Shown one piece after another: positions 11,837-23,264 of a stretch of DNA of 64,000 nucleotides; position 1 is the stretch's first letter; every line of letters begins with the position of its first letter. The notes below the pieces were generated by a model that saw only the letters and a program-made list of their open reading frames with translations, made no database searches and was not told the origin of the DNA. Position numbers and translations under genes: made by a program. This stretch comes from Cyanidioschyzon merolae (lineage: Eukaryota). Location of the stretch: NCBI GenBank assembly GCA_000091205.1, contig AP006500.2. One strand, 5' to 3'.

Positions 11837-14785
11837 ATGAGTAATACGAATGAAAAGGTAGGCCAGAAAGGTGAGCACAACGCCAAGCTGCATAAACGAG
11901 CTGTGAAACATGCAAGTGCGGTGGTACGGGTGCCTTGTGCTTGCCGCGGTGTGCTGGCGCTCGTGCTGGTGCTGCTCTTGTTTTGCATTGCGTTCTTTGT
12001 GACTATCCACGCCTGGTACGCTGTTCCGAGAGCTTTATCAGCGAGTGCGTCCGATTCACTTTTTTCGGGGGAACGAGCACGCGAGCATCTGGTGCAGCTT
12101 GCTGGGCCTGCGGTCGTCGGCAGTCGGCGGGCTGAGGCGAATGCAGCCTTCATTGAACGAAAACTCAGTGCAATGATTCGTTCTGGAGGATGCAGCACTA
12201 CTTGTGAGCGCCTGAATGCAGCTGACGACTTGACAAAAACGTTGGGATTGCGAGCATTGGTCGAACGTCAGTGGGGAAACGGCTCGTTCGAGATGGACTT
12301 TTCGCAGCTCGGCGAACAGAGCATCACCAACGCGTACACCAACATTTCCAACATAATCCTGCGTTTGGAACCACTGGTAGCTACAAATGATACAGCAACG
12401 TCAGCATCCGCCTTTGTCTGTCCGAAGTCGATTGTAGTGAACTCGCACTACGACACCGCACCGGGGTCGCCGGGGGCCTCAGACGCCCTGGCACCCATTG
12501 CCGTTATGCTGGAACTGGTGCGCCTTATCCTCTATACGAATAGGCAGTATTATGTGGCGCACGGCACACCGTGGCTACGTGCCCCACTGGTCTTTCTTTT
12601 CAATGGTGCCGAGGAGGCGATCCTGCTTGGTTCGCATGCGTTTGTGAGCGGTCATCCGACGATCAATTCGACGGCAATGTTGCTGAACCTGGAGTCGGCT
12701 GGTGCCGGTATTGGTCCGGAACTGCTCTTCCGTTACGATACGCGCTCCCCGTGGCTGATGAAACTCTACGCAGACGCAGTGCCTCATCCACACACGGGAT
12801 CCTACGTTCAGGACATCTTTGAACGCAACCTGATTCCAGCGGAGACGGACTATCGAATGTTCAGCGAGACCGCAGGTGTTACTGGAGTGGATCTGGCCTT
12901 CCACTTGCACGGGTACACTTACCACACGCGTTACGATATGCCGTCTCGCGTGGACGTTGGCTCGATCCAGCATATGGGCGATAACGTTTGGGCGCTCCTG
13001 CGGATGGCCGCACACGAGCGCGCCGAAAGTGTTTGCAGCGAGGTGTCGGTCCCGCGACACCCGGAAGACGGAGCCCGCAAAGACCCCGAACCGTTGGCGT
13101 TTTTCGATATCCTCAGCGCGAAGGTTTTCTATTTCAACCATCGAAAAGCGTACCGAGTTTACATGGCGATGGCGGGGATCCTTGTACTCCTGATCTGGCA
13201 ACCATCGCGATGCTTCACAAGGCGGAATAGACGCGCCGGTGCTACCGCAGAGCCTGCGCTGGACGACGCGACACCATCCCAGTTTCGTGCAGTGCTGGCT
13301 GTGCTCTTGGGTGCTGCCACCGGGTTTTTAACTGCGCTGGCGCTCGCTAGCATAATGTCCTTCCTTCTCCCGGGGCCGAAACCGCCGATGATTTGGTACG
13401 GGCGCCACATGCTCGTGTTGCCGTGCCTGTACGGAGCACCTGCAGTTGCCATCGCGCTTGTCGTCGCTGGTCGACTCCTGGATCCCAAGCATGCTGCCCA
13501 TCACATAGCGATGCCGGAGAATCCGATTCCTCGGTTCGAGCGCATCGAACGCGCTGTAGCCGTGTACTTTATGGCACTGGCGCTGTTGCTAGGCTTCTGG
13601 ATCGAACTCACCATGGTGTACTTGTGGGCATTCCAAGCGAGTGTGCACATTCTCGGTTCAATCATCGCTTGGCCGTGGCGACATACCAGTCGACCGATGG
13701 TTTACGTGTTCCTGCGATTTTTCTGCTTCGCAGTTGCGACGCAACTTATCCACCTGCCGCCGGTGCTGATGACCCTGGAAACCTTTGCCCCGCTCATGGG
13801 TATGGCCGGCTCCGGTGCTCGCGTGGAATTCGCTGTGGCTGCATTGACGGCCTATCTCGCAATTCACTGGGGATACATGCTCTGGCTTCCGCTCCTGAGC
13901 ATACGCAAGGCATGGATGCGAGGCGCTCTTCGCCTTGCGCTGGCAGTATTTCTGGTCGGGGGTGTTGCGCTCCTGGTGCCGCACTGGCTCGGTGCGGTGC
14001 CTTATTCGCCGCAAGCACCGAAGCGTCTCGTCGTTCAGCACATGTGCGCGCAGCAGCCACTACAGGTGCACGTCGAGCAGCGCGCCCGTGCCTCGGCTCC
14101 AGCACAGATGGCTTCAGCTCCGCAGGTGTGCTTGGTCGGTATCGCTGGTCTGGATCCGTATCCGTTGGAGCGCGTGCTCCCGAAAGCGCGCTTCCAACAC
14201 TGTGAACCAAACCGCTTTACCTGGGGGTACCGGAGTAAGCGCTCGATCTTCGCGAATGTGGCACCTCTAGAGAAGCTTGTCCACCATGCCGGTATCCAGT
14301 GTCCGGAAGATTCGTTTGGCGCTGGTGTGCTCGAGTCAGTCGCGATGCCGCGTTTACTGGTCAAAGAGGACGCGTTGGTGGAGTGCGTACCACCAGCGCA
14401 TCTTCCGCGCGCTGAAGCAGCCGATAACGCGACGCTGGTGTGTCGAGCGCTCACCCTGGAAATCCGGGCACTGCGGGCTCACTGGAGTGCACTGGTCTTC
14501 GATGCCGCAGTGCGCCAGTGGAGCCTCACTGCCGACGCCCCGAACCAGGGCCAGACTCGTCGACACTTTATTCGACACGTCGCGGGACACGGCACACCGC
14601 ATATATGGAACATGTCGCTGATTGTCGAGCGAAACAACACGGAGCCTGCCGTCGTTTTCGATGTGATGGCAACGCGTTATGGAGAGAACCGCAGCGAACT
14701 GAGTCCAAGCCTCTGGTCTAACGCGTTGCCCGATTGGACTGCACCGGTCTACATGACCTCAAAGTTTGCAACGTATGTTGTTTGA
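11837..14785 (+). CDS. Endoplasmic reticulum metallopeptidase 1 (ERMP1/FXNA-like), with an M28 zinc aminopeptidase domain followed by a polytopic membrane domain
   Basis: M28 ligand motifs are present: NSHYDTAPGSPGASD, FLFNGAEE, NLESAGAG and AFHLHGYTYHTRYD. There is an N-terminal TM segment and at least six C-terminal hydrophobic helices. The 982-aa length matches the ERMP1 family. Confidence 0.7.
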   Translation: MSNTNEKVGQKGEHNAKLHKRAVKHASAVVRVPCACRGVLALVLVLLLFCIAFFVTIHAWYAVPRALSASASDSLFSGERAREHLVQLAGPAVVGSRRAEANAAFIERKLSAMIRSGGCSTTCERLNAADDLTKTLGLRALVERQWGNGSFEMDFSQLGEQSITNAYTNISNIILRLEPLVATNDTATSASAFVCPKSIVVNSHYDTAPGSPGASDALAPIAVMLELVRLILYTNRQYYVAHGTPWLRAPLVFLFNGAEEAILLGSHAFVSGHPTINSTAMLLNLESAGAGIGPELLFRYDTRSPWLMKLYADAVPHPHTGSYVQDIFERNLIPAETDYRMFSETAGVTGVDLAFHLHGYTYHTRYDMPSRVDVGSIQHMGDNVWALLRMAAHERAESVCSEVSVPRHPEDGARKDPEPLAFFDILSAKVFYFNHRKAYRVYMAMAGILVLLIWQPSRCFTRRNRRAGATAEPALDDATPSQFRAVLAVLLGAATGFLTALALASIMSFLLPGPKPPMIWYGRHMLVLPCLYGAPAVAIALVVAGRLLDPKHAAHHIAMPENPIPRFERIERAVAVYFMALALLLGFWIELTMVYLWAFQASVHILGSIIAWPWRHTSRPMVYVFLRFFCFAVATQLIHLPPVLMTLETFAPLMGMAGSGARVEFAVAALTAYLAIHWGYMLWLPLLSIRKAWMRGALRLALAVFLVGGVALLVPHWLGAVPYSPQAPKRLVVQHMCAQQPLQVHVEQRARASAPAQMASAPQVCLVGIAGLDPYPLERVLPKARFQHCEPNRFTWGYRSKRSIFANVAPLEKLVHHAGIQCPEDSFGAGVLESVAMPRLLVKEDALVECVPPAHLPRAEAADNATLVCRALTLEIRALRAHWSALVFDAAVRQWSLTADAPNQGQTRRHFIRHVAGHGTPHIWNMSLIVERNNTEPAVVFDVMATRYGENRSELSPSLWSNALPDWTAPVYMTSKFATYVV

Positions 14786-15199
14786 GCAGGTGCTTTGTCA
14801 AGCAGTGCTGTGCACGACGAACGTGTCGAAGGCGTTACCCACTTGGTGCAAGTCCGTGCGCTGCTCTGAGGCAGGGACGACGTCCTTCTTGCTTGCGCTC
14901 ACGCCACCCCAGCAGCAAACACCTCTGAGCGCGTACCACGGCTTTGCCGCAGGATGCATCCGCACCGGCGCTCGTCTGGATATGTTGTGAGCAGCGGCAG
15001 CATAAGTTTTACACACCAACGATGCGGATATGAGATCTGGTGCAGGACGCTGCTCGCTTGATTCATACCAGGACCTGGATCCTCCGGGCGCAGCACTTGG
15101 CCTCGGGCAGGTGTCAGTCTGAGTCCTGCTCGCAAAAACGCATCTGCATATCCGTGCCCAACATCCATACGCGACTAAAGCGTTATCTCAGTTTCTCTC

Positions 15200-16030
15200 T
15201 TATGTACCGGAAAGTTTCCTGAATGACGGCGAGCAATGTCGAAAACGGGCGACAAGACGCGTCCGGGTACTGGTCTCGTTCAGCTTGTGTCGCGAGGTCA
15301 AGGCGATGGAACTCGTTTCGGAGAGTCTCTCGGACTGAAGCTCCACAAGGGAGGCGCGTTGCGAGGTCACTGTGTGCAGAGGCAGGACTCGAATGCGTTT
15401 GGATGCGCGCTCTTGCTCCATTTCGATTCGTCGGTGTCGCAAACGCGCACAAGCGAGTCGCAGCTGGCGTCTAGTCTCTCGCTCTTGCTGAGCGTAGGCT
15501 GCGGACCATGAGACCGCACCTGACGGAAGACCCAGTGTCGCGGAGGCAGCGATGGCGTTCGGTGAACTCGAGGGGACGCCCTCGACACGCGCGCGCGAGA
15601 AATAGAGTTGTTTCCAACGTTGCTCCAGAGCCAAGTTCAAGCTAAGACGCATCGAGGCTGAAAGCTGCGCGGCGCCGCGAGCAGTGACCAACGTCCACGC
15701 CTCCTTCTGGTCATCGACGGCATCGTCTAGGTCGGAGTCCACCCAATCGGATCCTGTCAGTACAACAACTCCAAAGCTTGCTTGGACGGTGCGTTCGCTT
15801 GTGCTGTGTTCAAGCGAGTCGTAGAGTGGCAGCCCGTTGCAGCGAGCAAGTCGCCGCAGGTCACGTGGCCGGGCGCCCTGCAGAATAGTAGCCAACTGCC
15901 CGTCGAAGAGCTCGGCACCGTGCAGCTCCGCCAGACAAGAACAGTTCCGTGCCAAAGCGTCCGTGCATAGTTGCGCCAACGTCGGTGGCGCTGGCATCGC
16001 CACAGCGACGCCCCTCAGACGCCCTGGCAA
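15200..16030 (-). CDS. Hypothetical protein with an Elongin-A-like domain
   Basis: TLAQLCTDALARNCSCLAELHGAELFDGQLATILQGARPRDLRRLARCN matches the L..LC...I..N...L...G.......L..VL....P..L.R.E..N pattern of the Elongin A (SIII) domain. The rest of the protein is unrecognised. Confidence 0.3.
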   Translation of the reverse strand: MPGRLRGVAVAMPAPPTLAQLCTDALARNCSCLAELHGAELFDGQLATILQGARPRDLRRLARCNGLPLYDSLEHSTSERTVQASFGVVVLTGSDWVDSDLDDAVDDQKEAWTLVTARGAAQLSASMRLSLNLALEQRWKQLYFSRARVEGVPSSSPNAIAASATLGLPSGAVSWSAAYAQQERETRRQLRLACARLRHRRIEMEQERASKRIRVLPLHTVTSQRASLVELQSERLSETSSIALTSRHKLNETSTRTRLVARFRHCSPSFRKLSGT

Positions 16031-16172
16031 ACTCGTTTCAAACCTAGAGCCTGTACGTCTTCACCAGGCCGTATGTGTGGAGAGCGTTGCGTGGGTCATG
16101 CTGCCACCACTCGGCACGCGGGATCGGCGGTTGGCATCGGAAATGGCGGCGTTGTGCGCGTCCATCGCTGAG

Positions 16173-16700
16173 GCGCTGCGTTCTGGAGTTGTGTGGAGGC
16201 TCATGATGGGCGCTGCGTTCTGGAGTTGTGTGGAGGCTCATGATGGGCGCTGCGTTCTGGAGTTGTGTGGAGGCTCATGATGGGCGCTGCGTTCTGGAGT
16301 TGTGTGGAGGCTCATGATGGGCGCTGCGTTCTGGAGTTGTGTGGAGGCTCATGATGAGCGCTGCGTTCTGGAGTTGTGTGGAGGCTCATGATGGGCGCTG
16401 CGTTCTGGAGTTCTGTGGAGGCTCATGATGGGCGCTGCGTTCTGGAGTTGTGTGGAGGCTCATGATGGGCGCTGCGTTCTGGAGTTGTGTGGAGGCTCAT
16501 GATGGGCGCTGCGTTCTGGAGTTGTGTGGAGGCTCATGATGAGCGCTGCGTTCTGGAGTTGTGTGGAGGCTCATGATGGGCGCTGCGTTCTGGAGTTGTG
16601 TGGAGGCTCATGATGAGCGCTGCGTTCTGGAGTTGTGTGGAGGCTCATGATGAGCGCTGCGTTCTGGAGTTGTGTGGAGGCTCATGATGAGCGCTGCGAG
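16173..16700. repeat. Minisatellite of a 37-bp unit (gcgctgcgttctggagttgtgtggaggctcatgatgg), ~14 copies
   Basis: Head-to-tail copies with minor variants (gatggg/gatgag, ttgtg/ttctg) run from 16173 to 16690. The unit length is not a multiple of 3. The array directly abuts dispersed-repeat copy A. Confidence 0.9.
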
Positions 16701-17873
16701 TCTGCTGCGAATCCCTACCTGCTTTTGCACCTGTCTCGGATTGAAATGGATCACAGAGCTGCTCATTCTGTTCCTGCGCTGAGGCTTCTTTCCGAACTGG
16801 TTCTAGACATAGAGAACCTCGACATTCGAAGTGCAGCAACACGAGCATTCGGATCGATACCTAGTTCTAGGATGCGGGGGCGTCTTTTCCGAGTGATATA
16901 TTCGAAGAATACTTGCGGATGGAATTCGTTGCGTTGCTGGAGTCAAAATGATTCGCGGAGTGTCATCGAAGATGCGTTCGTAAAATATCCGATATCATTA
17001 AGCAATGGATATGTACGAGCCTCCAGTGTGCGCCTGTGCTGATGTGCAGCATCCCCGTACCGTACACTCTTCAAGATCCCTGTCTGGGTATCTCATGGAG
17101 AATCGCGGGCGCTGTGATTCCGGTCGATTGATGGACAATGATAGATACTCGACGTCGCCTGCGCACGACTGCCTCACAAGATCTTATCGCAAGTTCAGTG
17201 CAACGCTCGCGTCCAATAGCCGATTCCGTTCGAAAAGCAAATCCTCCTGTCTCGATCGCGATCGACGAAGCGGGACGCTGCACCGAGGTGACGCCCCCGA
17301 CGGGATACGTCCCGAGACGATCCCGTCTCTCCAGGCTGCATAGACAAGTATCTTGGACCGGGACTCGAGTCATCGGAGGTACCGCTGCCGGTGGATCGAG
17401 CGTCACTGCTCGGCACAAGCGAGGAGCGTAGACGGATCAACGTATCGCGACTTGACCTGTTGCCAGGGCTCCTCTTTCGGTGCTCGGTTCGTCACGTACA
17501 ACATCGCGTTCCACGAATCATCGATCGAAAGGGAGTGCGTTCGCTCGCACGTGTATCGGTCGGATTACGTGCCGCTGGGATCGCAAAGAACAAGCACGTG
17601 ATCACAGTGTACGGCAATGCCGGCGGTTACGGACGAGGGCATCGACGGTATCCTTGGGTACTCGTCGAGGGCATGCAGCGCTCGATGATGCAAGTATTCG
17701 TGCGCCACTGGGCGGCTCTCGGAGGAGGAGTAGGGAGCGTGCTGGGCACCAGACGGCACCAGACCACAGCCAGGTATCGACGATGCCAGGAGCACAGCGA
17801 GGCTCTATACGAAGAAGATGAAAATAGCAAGCGAGGCTTCGGTCGGAGCTTTCGCCTGTCTTTGGAATACGTT
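16701..17873 (+). repeat. Dispersed repeat copy A (~1.17 kb; truncated ~220 bp at the 17873 end relative to copies B and C)
   Basis: Near-identical ORF translations are shared with copies B and C. The 17391..17894 ORF matches 25885..26403 and 34324..34842. The 17005..17343 ORF matches 26451..26789 and 34890..35228. I mapped the homology break points by direct sequence comparison. Confidence 0.85.
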
Positions 17874-18936
17874 GAAAGCAGCGTGAAGCAATGAGGTAAG
17901 GACTTGAACGGTAGGGACAATATCCGTCCACTCCTGATTATTGATCTGGAGGCAAAGGAGAGACCAGCGTATTGAAAGCGGGGTAGCCGACAGGCGAAAA
18001 GGAGGAATTCGCAGGAAAAGCGCTCAGAGGCTTGTGTGCGCAGCAATGGGGGAAGCGACCCAAACTTTCGTACGTATGACCGACTTGCTGACAAGACCTG
18101 TTCCCCTTTATTCTGCGATGGTTGTCAGAGCAGTGATAATTGAAACCTGCCGAAACCCTTCCGGATTGTTACCTACGAAAAGCTCTACTCACGCTCCCAT
18201 AGATCGTTCGTCTGTAAAGCATCCGCAATAGCCGGTGCTCATGGGCGTTCCCAAGGAATATAGGCACAGCGCGAGGCACGCAGATAACGATACTGGTCCC
18301 AGGCTTGCCGCTGGATATAACTGCACGTCTTCGTTCCTGTGCTGGTGACGTCGTTTATCCGGCTGAGCGGCTACTGCACCGCTCAGCGTGCAAGGTCCAG
18401 CAGCCAGACGGCCAAGGAACTGATGATGCATCCCAACACGCCTGCGAACGGCTTCTTGAACGATGCTCGCCAATGCATCATCGGCCTTTTGCCCGTGATG
18501 TGCTCCATATAGCCGACGCGGCAACACTAGCCTCCGGTTCTGAGAGGGACGTTCGCCTGCATACCACTGCGGCTGCCAGCAACGGCTCCTTATCGGCCAG
18601 TGTCACACAAGTCGGTGCTTGGAACGACACCTTGGTACGCACAGGAACGCTAGTGGGTAGACGTTGCTCTGGTTTAAACGGGCGAAACTGCTCGGGTCAC
18701 AGCGTGACTGCTCGGCATCGATGAGGAAACAAATGCTCGCGCGTTGTGTAGACGTGGCTTTGCAGCGACAAGCAGGTAAAGCGCATGCTGCGGCAGCAAC
18801 TCCACAAAAAACATACACCTCTGTATCGATATGCGTACATCGGTGTCGCAGGTCTTGCCATTACCCCATAAATCCGACATGACACCGTTGAAACTCCACC
18901 GAAAACGGACGCTTATGTGGCAATACTCACAGGTGT

Positions 18937-19428
18937 TTAGCGAAATACCTCCGATGTTACGGTATCGATCCACTGCATACAGTCAATCAAGTCGTCTTTC
19001 GTTGATGTTTCCACGAACGCGAGGAGAAGCAGTGCCTCAACACTGAACGCAACCAGCACTCCATGCGGAGACAAGTGGCCCTGCCCCAATGTTTTAGGTA
19101 GATCGCTCGCCCATATGGACTGCTTGGAGAGCCAGAACCCGAAATATGCAGACCCTGCGACCTGCAGAGGTTCACCCAGAAGCCGCACCACTTGAGCACG
19201 TTCCCTGACACACGCAAAACGAGCGAGCAGTGCCTGCGTCTCCGCAACATTTACTTCAAGACTGCCGTATTGACCGACAACTTTGGAACTCGGTTCCGTT
19301 GGCGGTGTCGAACGCTTGTCGCTTTCCTGACAAGATTCAAGTGTACGCAGCAAGACCAGGCTCCCGCTGACGACGCTCTTCGCATGGACCCGTTTCTGCC
19401 AGGTATTGACGCGACCTTGGTACTCCAT
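18937..19428 (-). CDS. Hypothetical 163-aa protein
   Basis: The ORF is intact and of non-repetitive composition. No motif is recognised. Confidence 0.2.
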   Translation of the reverse strand: MEYQGRVNTWQKRVHAKSVVSGSLVLLRTLESCQESDKRSTPPTEPSSKVVGQYGSLEVNVAETQALLARFACVRERAQVVRLLGEPLQVAGSAYFGFWLSKQSIWASDLPKTLGQGHLSPHGVLVAFSVEALLLLAFVETSTKDDLIDCMQWIDTVTSEVFR

Positions 19429-19945
19429 CGGCGCTTGTATAGTACGCTAGATGCTTTGAGACGATGATGAGGCTTTTCTCAGGTGCTTATTCACACGCTC
19501 AGCGGGAAGCGTCGCAAGGAAGCTTCCAGGTAGCAGCGTGCGACGTACCTCCAGAAACTATATTGTTCTGTGTTCGGAACACAGCTCCGTTAGGGCCCTG
19601 ACCTCGCTCGAAACTAGATTAATTTTCGACAACCATACCGCAATGACTCGTTCACGTGCGCTCAACGAAAACCGAAAGAATAGCTACAGTTTGCGTCTGG
19701 AACAAGCGAGTACAACGCAGACTTCGCAGCGCCCGTTAGAGACGCTAGCGGCTGCGCTAGCGCCCAGCCAGCGTCCACCGATGGCAGCATTGCTTGCAGT
19801 CGACGACTACTGCTGCTGCTCGCTATGGTGCTAGCGAGCGTCCTCGTTGCACGTCGACGGACGTTTGGCCTCTGGGAACCTCTCCTGCAGCGCCGACCGA
19901 AGCGCATAGCCTCGCGCAAGAACGAAAGCGCAAAGCGCCGTTTAC

Positions 19946-21874
19946 TCATACGTCTTCTGCATCCAGCAAGTCCACGTCCTCGACATCGTACTCAGGGAGG
20001 TTTTCGATGCCGTGTGCTGACGCGAGGCCCCGTATGACGCGTTCTATTACCAGTCGGTAGGCGTCTGCATCACTCGCTGCGAATAATTTGCTTGTGCATG
20101 CGTTCAAATACTCAAGCTGGTACGATTCTGGCGAAGACCAGGCTAGATGCTCGATATACATGAGCATGTAGATGCCGCAATCCATGCCATTTTCCTGCAG
20201 CGGTACTTTTGGTTTCAAGAGCGGCAAGTTTTCGCCGTCGAACACGAAGGAATCGCCGCTGCGTTCATCGGCGTCTCGCTGGTCTCCGGCAGTCGATACA
20301 GTTCGCAGTGGCGATTCCGGCGAGTCGTGCGCTGCGGCGGGGCGTACACCTCGCAAGTCATCGCCAGCAGTCATCTTTTCTGGATGAGCACTCTGTGGGT
20401 GCATGGCAAGGTGCCCAGCCGAGTCCGTGCTCCCAAACTCGGAGTCAGCGGATCGTACTCCAGTGGAGCGCTCCGTACCACCCGCGCTGCAGAGCCGTAC
20501 CTTTCTGGTTGTACCTACGCCTGTCGAGCACATGGTTGCAGCTCGCACACGCGCATAGGTAGTCAAAAAGCTGCGCACTGATTTGGTCATGCCACCGGGA
20601 CTCGCGGATCGCATCGAGTCCAGATAGAGGATGCAGGGCTTGTGCCGACACTCGCAATCGAGTTCCGAATGCCAGCCATTGGCGAATGCATCGAGATTAC
20701 AGACCACTGCCACAGACCAGTGAAATTCATGGTGTATCGGTATGAATAACATTCTCTTCGTGAACAGATCGACACCTCGCGAGATGAACCAGCGCAGCGC
20801 AATGTAGTCGTAAAGTTCCTCCGCGAGCGACGCATCCGAACGCGATCGCTGGGGTACGCTGGTGATTTTCTTGTAGAAGAATGTCGACATGAAATGCAAT
20901 TGTTCCATGCGATACGGTGGAATCCGGTACCGCTCCAGAAACTTGAGCCAGAACTCAATAACGTTATCATTGAGGTAGCCACCCGGCTGGAGAAGGCGCA
21001 AATCGCCTAGCGTTATCGAAACGGCACCTGGGTTTTGTTCGGGAAAACGAAACAAATCTCTCTGCTCGGTATCTCCGCTCTCTTTTCGCCGATGAATACG
21101 CTTCGAACGACGCTCTGTGCCGGGTGCGGTCTCAAGGTAGTTGTCAACTTGCATTGGTGATTTGCGTTCGCTCGCAGGACCAGAAAGTGTATCCGAGGTA
21201 GTCGGTTCATGCGGGCATACCGCAGGCTCCTCTGCGGGTATCTGTACACAATTTGCAGACGGAAGCGGTATCGGAGAGCTCTGATTTTCTCTGGAGCAGT
21301 CCACCGCTTGAGGTGAAAGCGATGTACCTTGCGAATGCCCTTCGTCTGACTGCAACAGCCATACATTACAGCCATGCGAATCCATGCGAGCGCCGACGCC
21401 TCCTGAAAGGTGGCGAACCATCGTTTGAAAGCTCTTTGCAGGAGACCACTTTGCAGGCTGTGCTGCTGAGGCTTCACTCGAGGACTCGAGCGTGCCAGCT
21501 AGTTCTGCTCTATAGCGAGCGCTCGTTGACTCGCATCCCGTAGGCAGTGCACGACTTGCTTTACCGCTCCGGTCACGCATGAGCAGTCTACGGGGCATTC
21601 CAAGTCGCAGTCGATCCGCCTGTTCACTGAGCCGTTCACCCGCCGGCGGCTGCAAGGGTAAGCCCTCAGCACCATCCTCCTTCGATTGGTGACAAACACT
21701 TCGGATAATTGCTCTTCGCAGCTCTGTTTTCTTGTACGTTCTCTTGTGACAGCTCGCGTCTGAGGCGATCTCGCTGAGAACGACTCGCTCAGCGGAGCTC
21801 TCGATTTCACCGTGACTGTGCAGCGTTTTACTCGTACCGGGCGCTCGTGAGTTGGGCTCCATGCACTCGAGCAC
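19946..21874 (-). CDS. Ulp1/SENP-type SUMO-specific cysteine protease (peptidase C48) with a long Ser/Gly-rich insertion inside the catalytic domain
   Basis: The C48 domain is visible: FWLKFLERY, LFIPIHHEFHWSVAVVCNLDAF (catalytic His), LYLDSM (Asp) and ENGMDCGIYMLMYIEHL (catalytic Cys). About 150 residues of low-complexity sequence lie between the His/Asp and Cys blocks. Confidence 0.6.
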   Translation of the reverse strand: MLECMEPNSRAPGTSKTLHSHGEIESSAERVVLSEIASDASCHKRTYKKTELRRAIIRSVCHQSKEDGAEGLPLQPPAGERLSEQADRLRLGMPRRLLMRDRSGKASRALPTGCESTSARYRAELAGTLESSSEASAAQPAKWSPAKSFQTMVRHLSGGVGARMDSHGCNVWLLQSDEGHSQGTSLSPQAVDCSRENQSSPIPLPSANCVQIPAEEPAVCPHEPTTSDTLSGPASERKSPMQVDNYLETAPGTERRSKRIHRRKESGDTEQRDLFRFPEQNPGAVSITLGDLRLLQPGGYLNDNVIEFWLKFLERYRIPPYRMEQLHFMSTFFYKKITSVPQRSRSDASLAEELYDYIALRWFISRGVDLFTKRMLFIPIHHEFHWSVAVVCNLDAFANGWHSELDCECRHKPCILYLDSMRSASPGGMTKSVRSFLTTYARVRAATMCSTGVGTTRKVRLCSAGGTERSTGVRSADSEFGSTDSAGHLAMHPQSAHPEKMTAGDDLRGVRPAAAHDSPESPLRTVSTAGDQRDADERSGDSFVFDGENLPLLKPKVPLQENGMDCGIYMLMYIEHLAWSSPESYQLEYLNACTSKLFAASDADAYRLVIERVIRGLASAHGIENLPEYDVEDVDLLDAEDV

Positions 21875-23264
21875 GAGCCGCTGCTCTAGAGATCGCGAGG
21901 TGAAAGTACGGCCGGCCGCGGTGTGCTTCCCCAGCGGAATGCCTGCTGATATACGAAGAGGCCAACTTGAAATGGTGCGCGCGGATTCGAGTCGGCTCCA
22001 GACCCCTGGTGTTTATCCATCAAGTTTAGATGAGCACTTGCGAGGATTACTCGCATAGGAGCTGTGCATCGCTATGATTATAAACGGCCCAATAGGGCAT
22101 GTATGCTGGGCAGAAGTGCGGCCAACGCGTCGACGCGCTCACTAATGCAATAACAGTCACTGGTCACAGGTGATAGCGATAGCACGCTGTATGGCATCGG
22201 CAACGACCCAGGACAGCTGGTCAGTGCTCTTGTTTTGAAACTTAGACCTCTTAGCAGCTATTTGATGATGCGCTGTTCGGCATGCTCCTAAAGGCAAGTC
22301 GCGATTCGGGACGCCGTGCGGCAGACCTCGTGTCTCGGCGCTCGACGTTCACGGATGCGTCCACTCGGTGCGACGTGTTTCAGTTTAACGGAGAAGGGTG
22401 TGTGAAGAGGTTGTTGCCGCGTTGTTTGTCGTGTGCTGTGCAAGATACTCTTCACCATAAGCAGGTGTCAGGCATTCATCCATCGATATCGCAACGAGTG
22501 AAGCCAAAAGATCCGGAATTTTCGATGAACACATGAAAGATCTGTCGGGGGCGTTCTCTCTCTAGAAGCGGTGAAGCTTGCTGGTCGCCCATCGAGGCAC
22601 CAGTTACCAGCCCTTGAACGCATCGCAGCTGAGTTGCCCTGAAGAGCTCCTGCAACACAGAGCAAACGAACATGCTTTCGATTCATACCCGCAAGGTCTT
22701 CATATGGTCATTGACTAGGCACTTTCGACAAGTGCCAGTGAGCGCCATATGAGGCTACCGAAGGGTGTTCGGCTCGATCATGTGCTCCAGCGATGGCTTT
22801 GTGCACGTTGTTCGCAACTTTGCTGAGAGTCTTTCCGCAGAGAGCCCCGCGGCAAAACAATACGCTTATATGGCCAAGCGCGTACTGCACTGAGAGCTCC
22901 AGGGCAGCACGGCTCCTTCGGACACGCTGCGTGATGCGCTGGCGTCTATCTGGCTGAGGATGCACATTCACGACAGGCGCGTAGGTCTGGCTCGAGTGCC
23001 GGCGAGTCAGCACCTCCCGGTCTACGGTTACCGACACCAAACGGGGGCACGCAGTATCACCAGGTGAAGCGCTCTTGCTCAGAGCACTGCACCGCACTAT
23101 TCAGTTCCGAACGAAACATGATCTGTACGCTCCACCGGCGCCTTTGCTTGATTCCGAAAGACACCTCGCAGCAGTACAGCTCCGCAAGGCATTGTCGCAA
23201 CCATCAGCCGCCTCTACTATGAAGTGACATACGATTTTCGCTCCTATATAAAAGTTTCCATGAC

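Noticed and set aside
11395-12198. 267-aa minus-strand ORF overlapping the ERMP1 start
   Set aside because: It is antisense to a strongly supported gene, low-complexity and Arg/Ala/Ser-rich. It is a shadow ORF.
16173-16700. Possible CRISPR array (regular short repeats)
   Set aside because: The units are contiguous with no unique spacers. The context is a eukaryotic locus. It is a minisatellite.
17391-17894. Repeat-internal 167-172-aa ORF (present in all three copies) as a transposase or other protein
   Set aside because: It has no catalytic or DNA-binding motif and is Arg/Gly-rich, and an equally long ORF exists on the opposite strand of the same segment. Both are most likely spurious, so I kept the element as an unclassified repeat.
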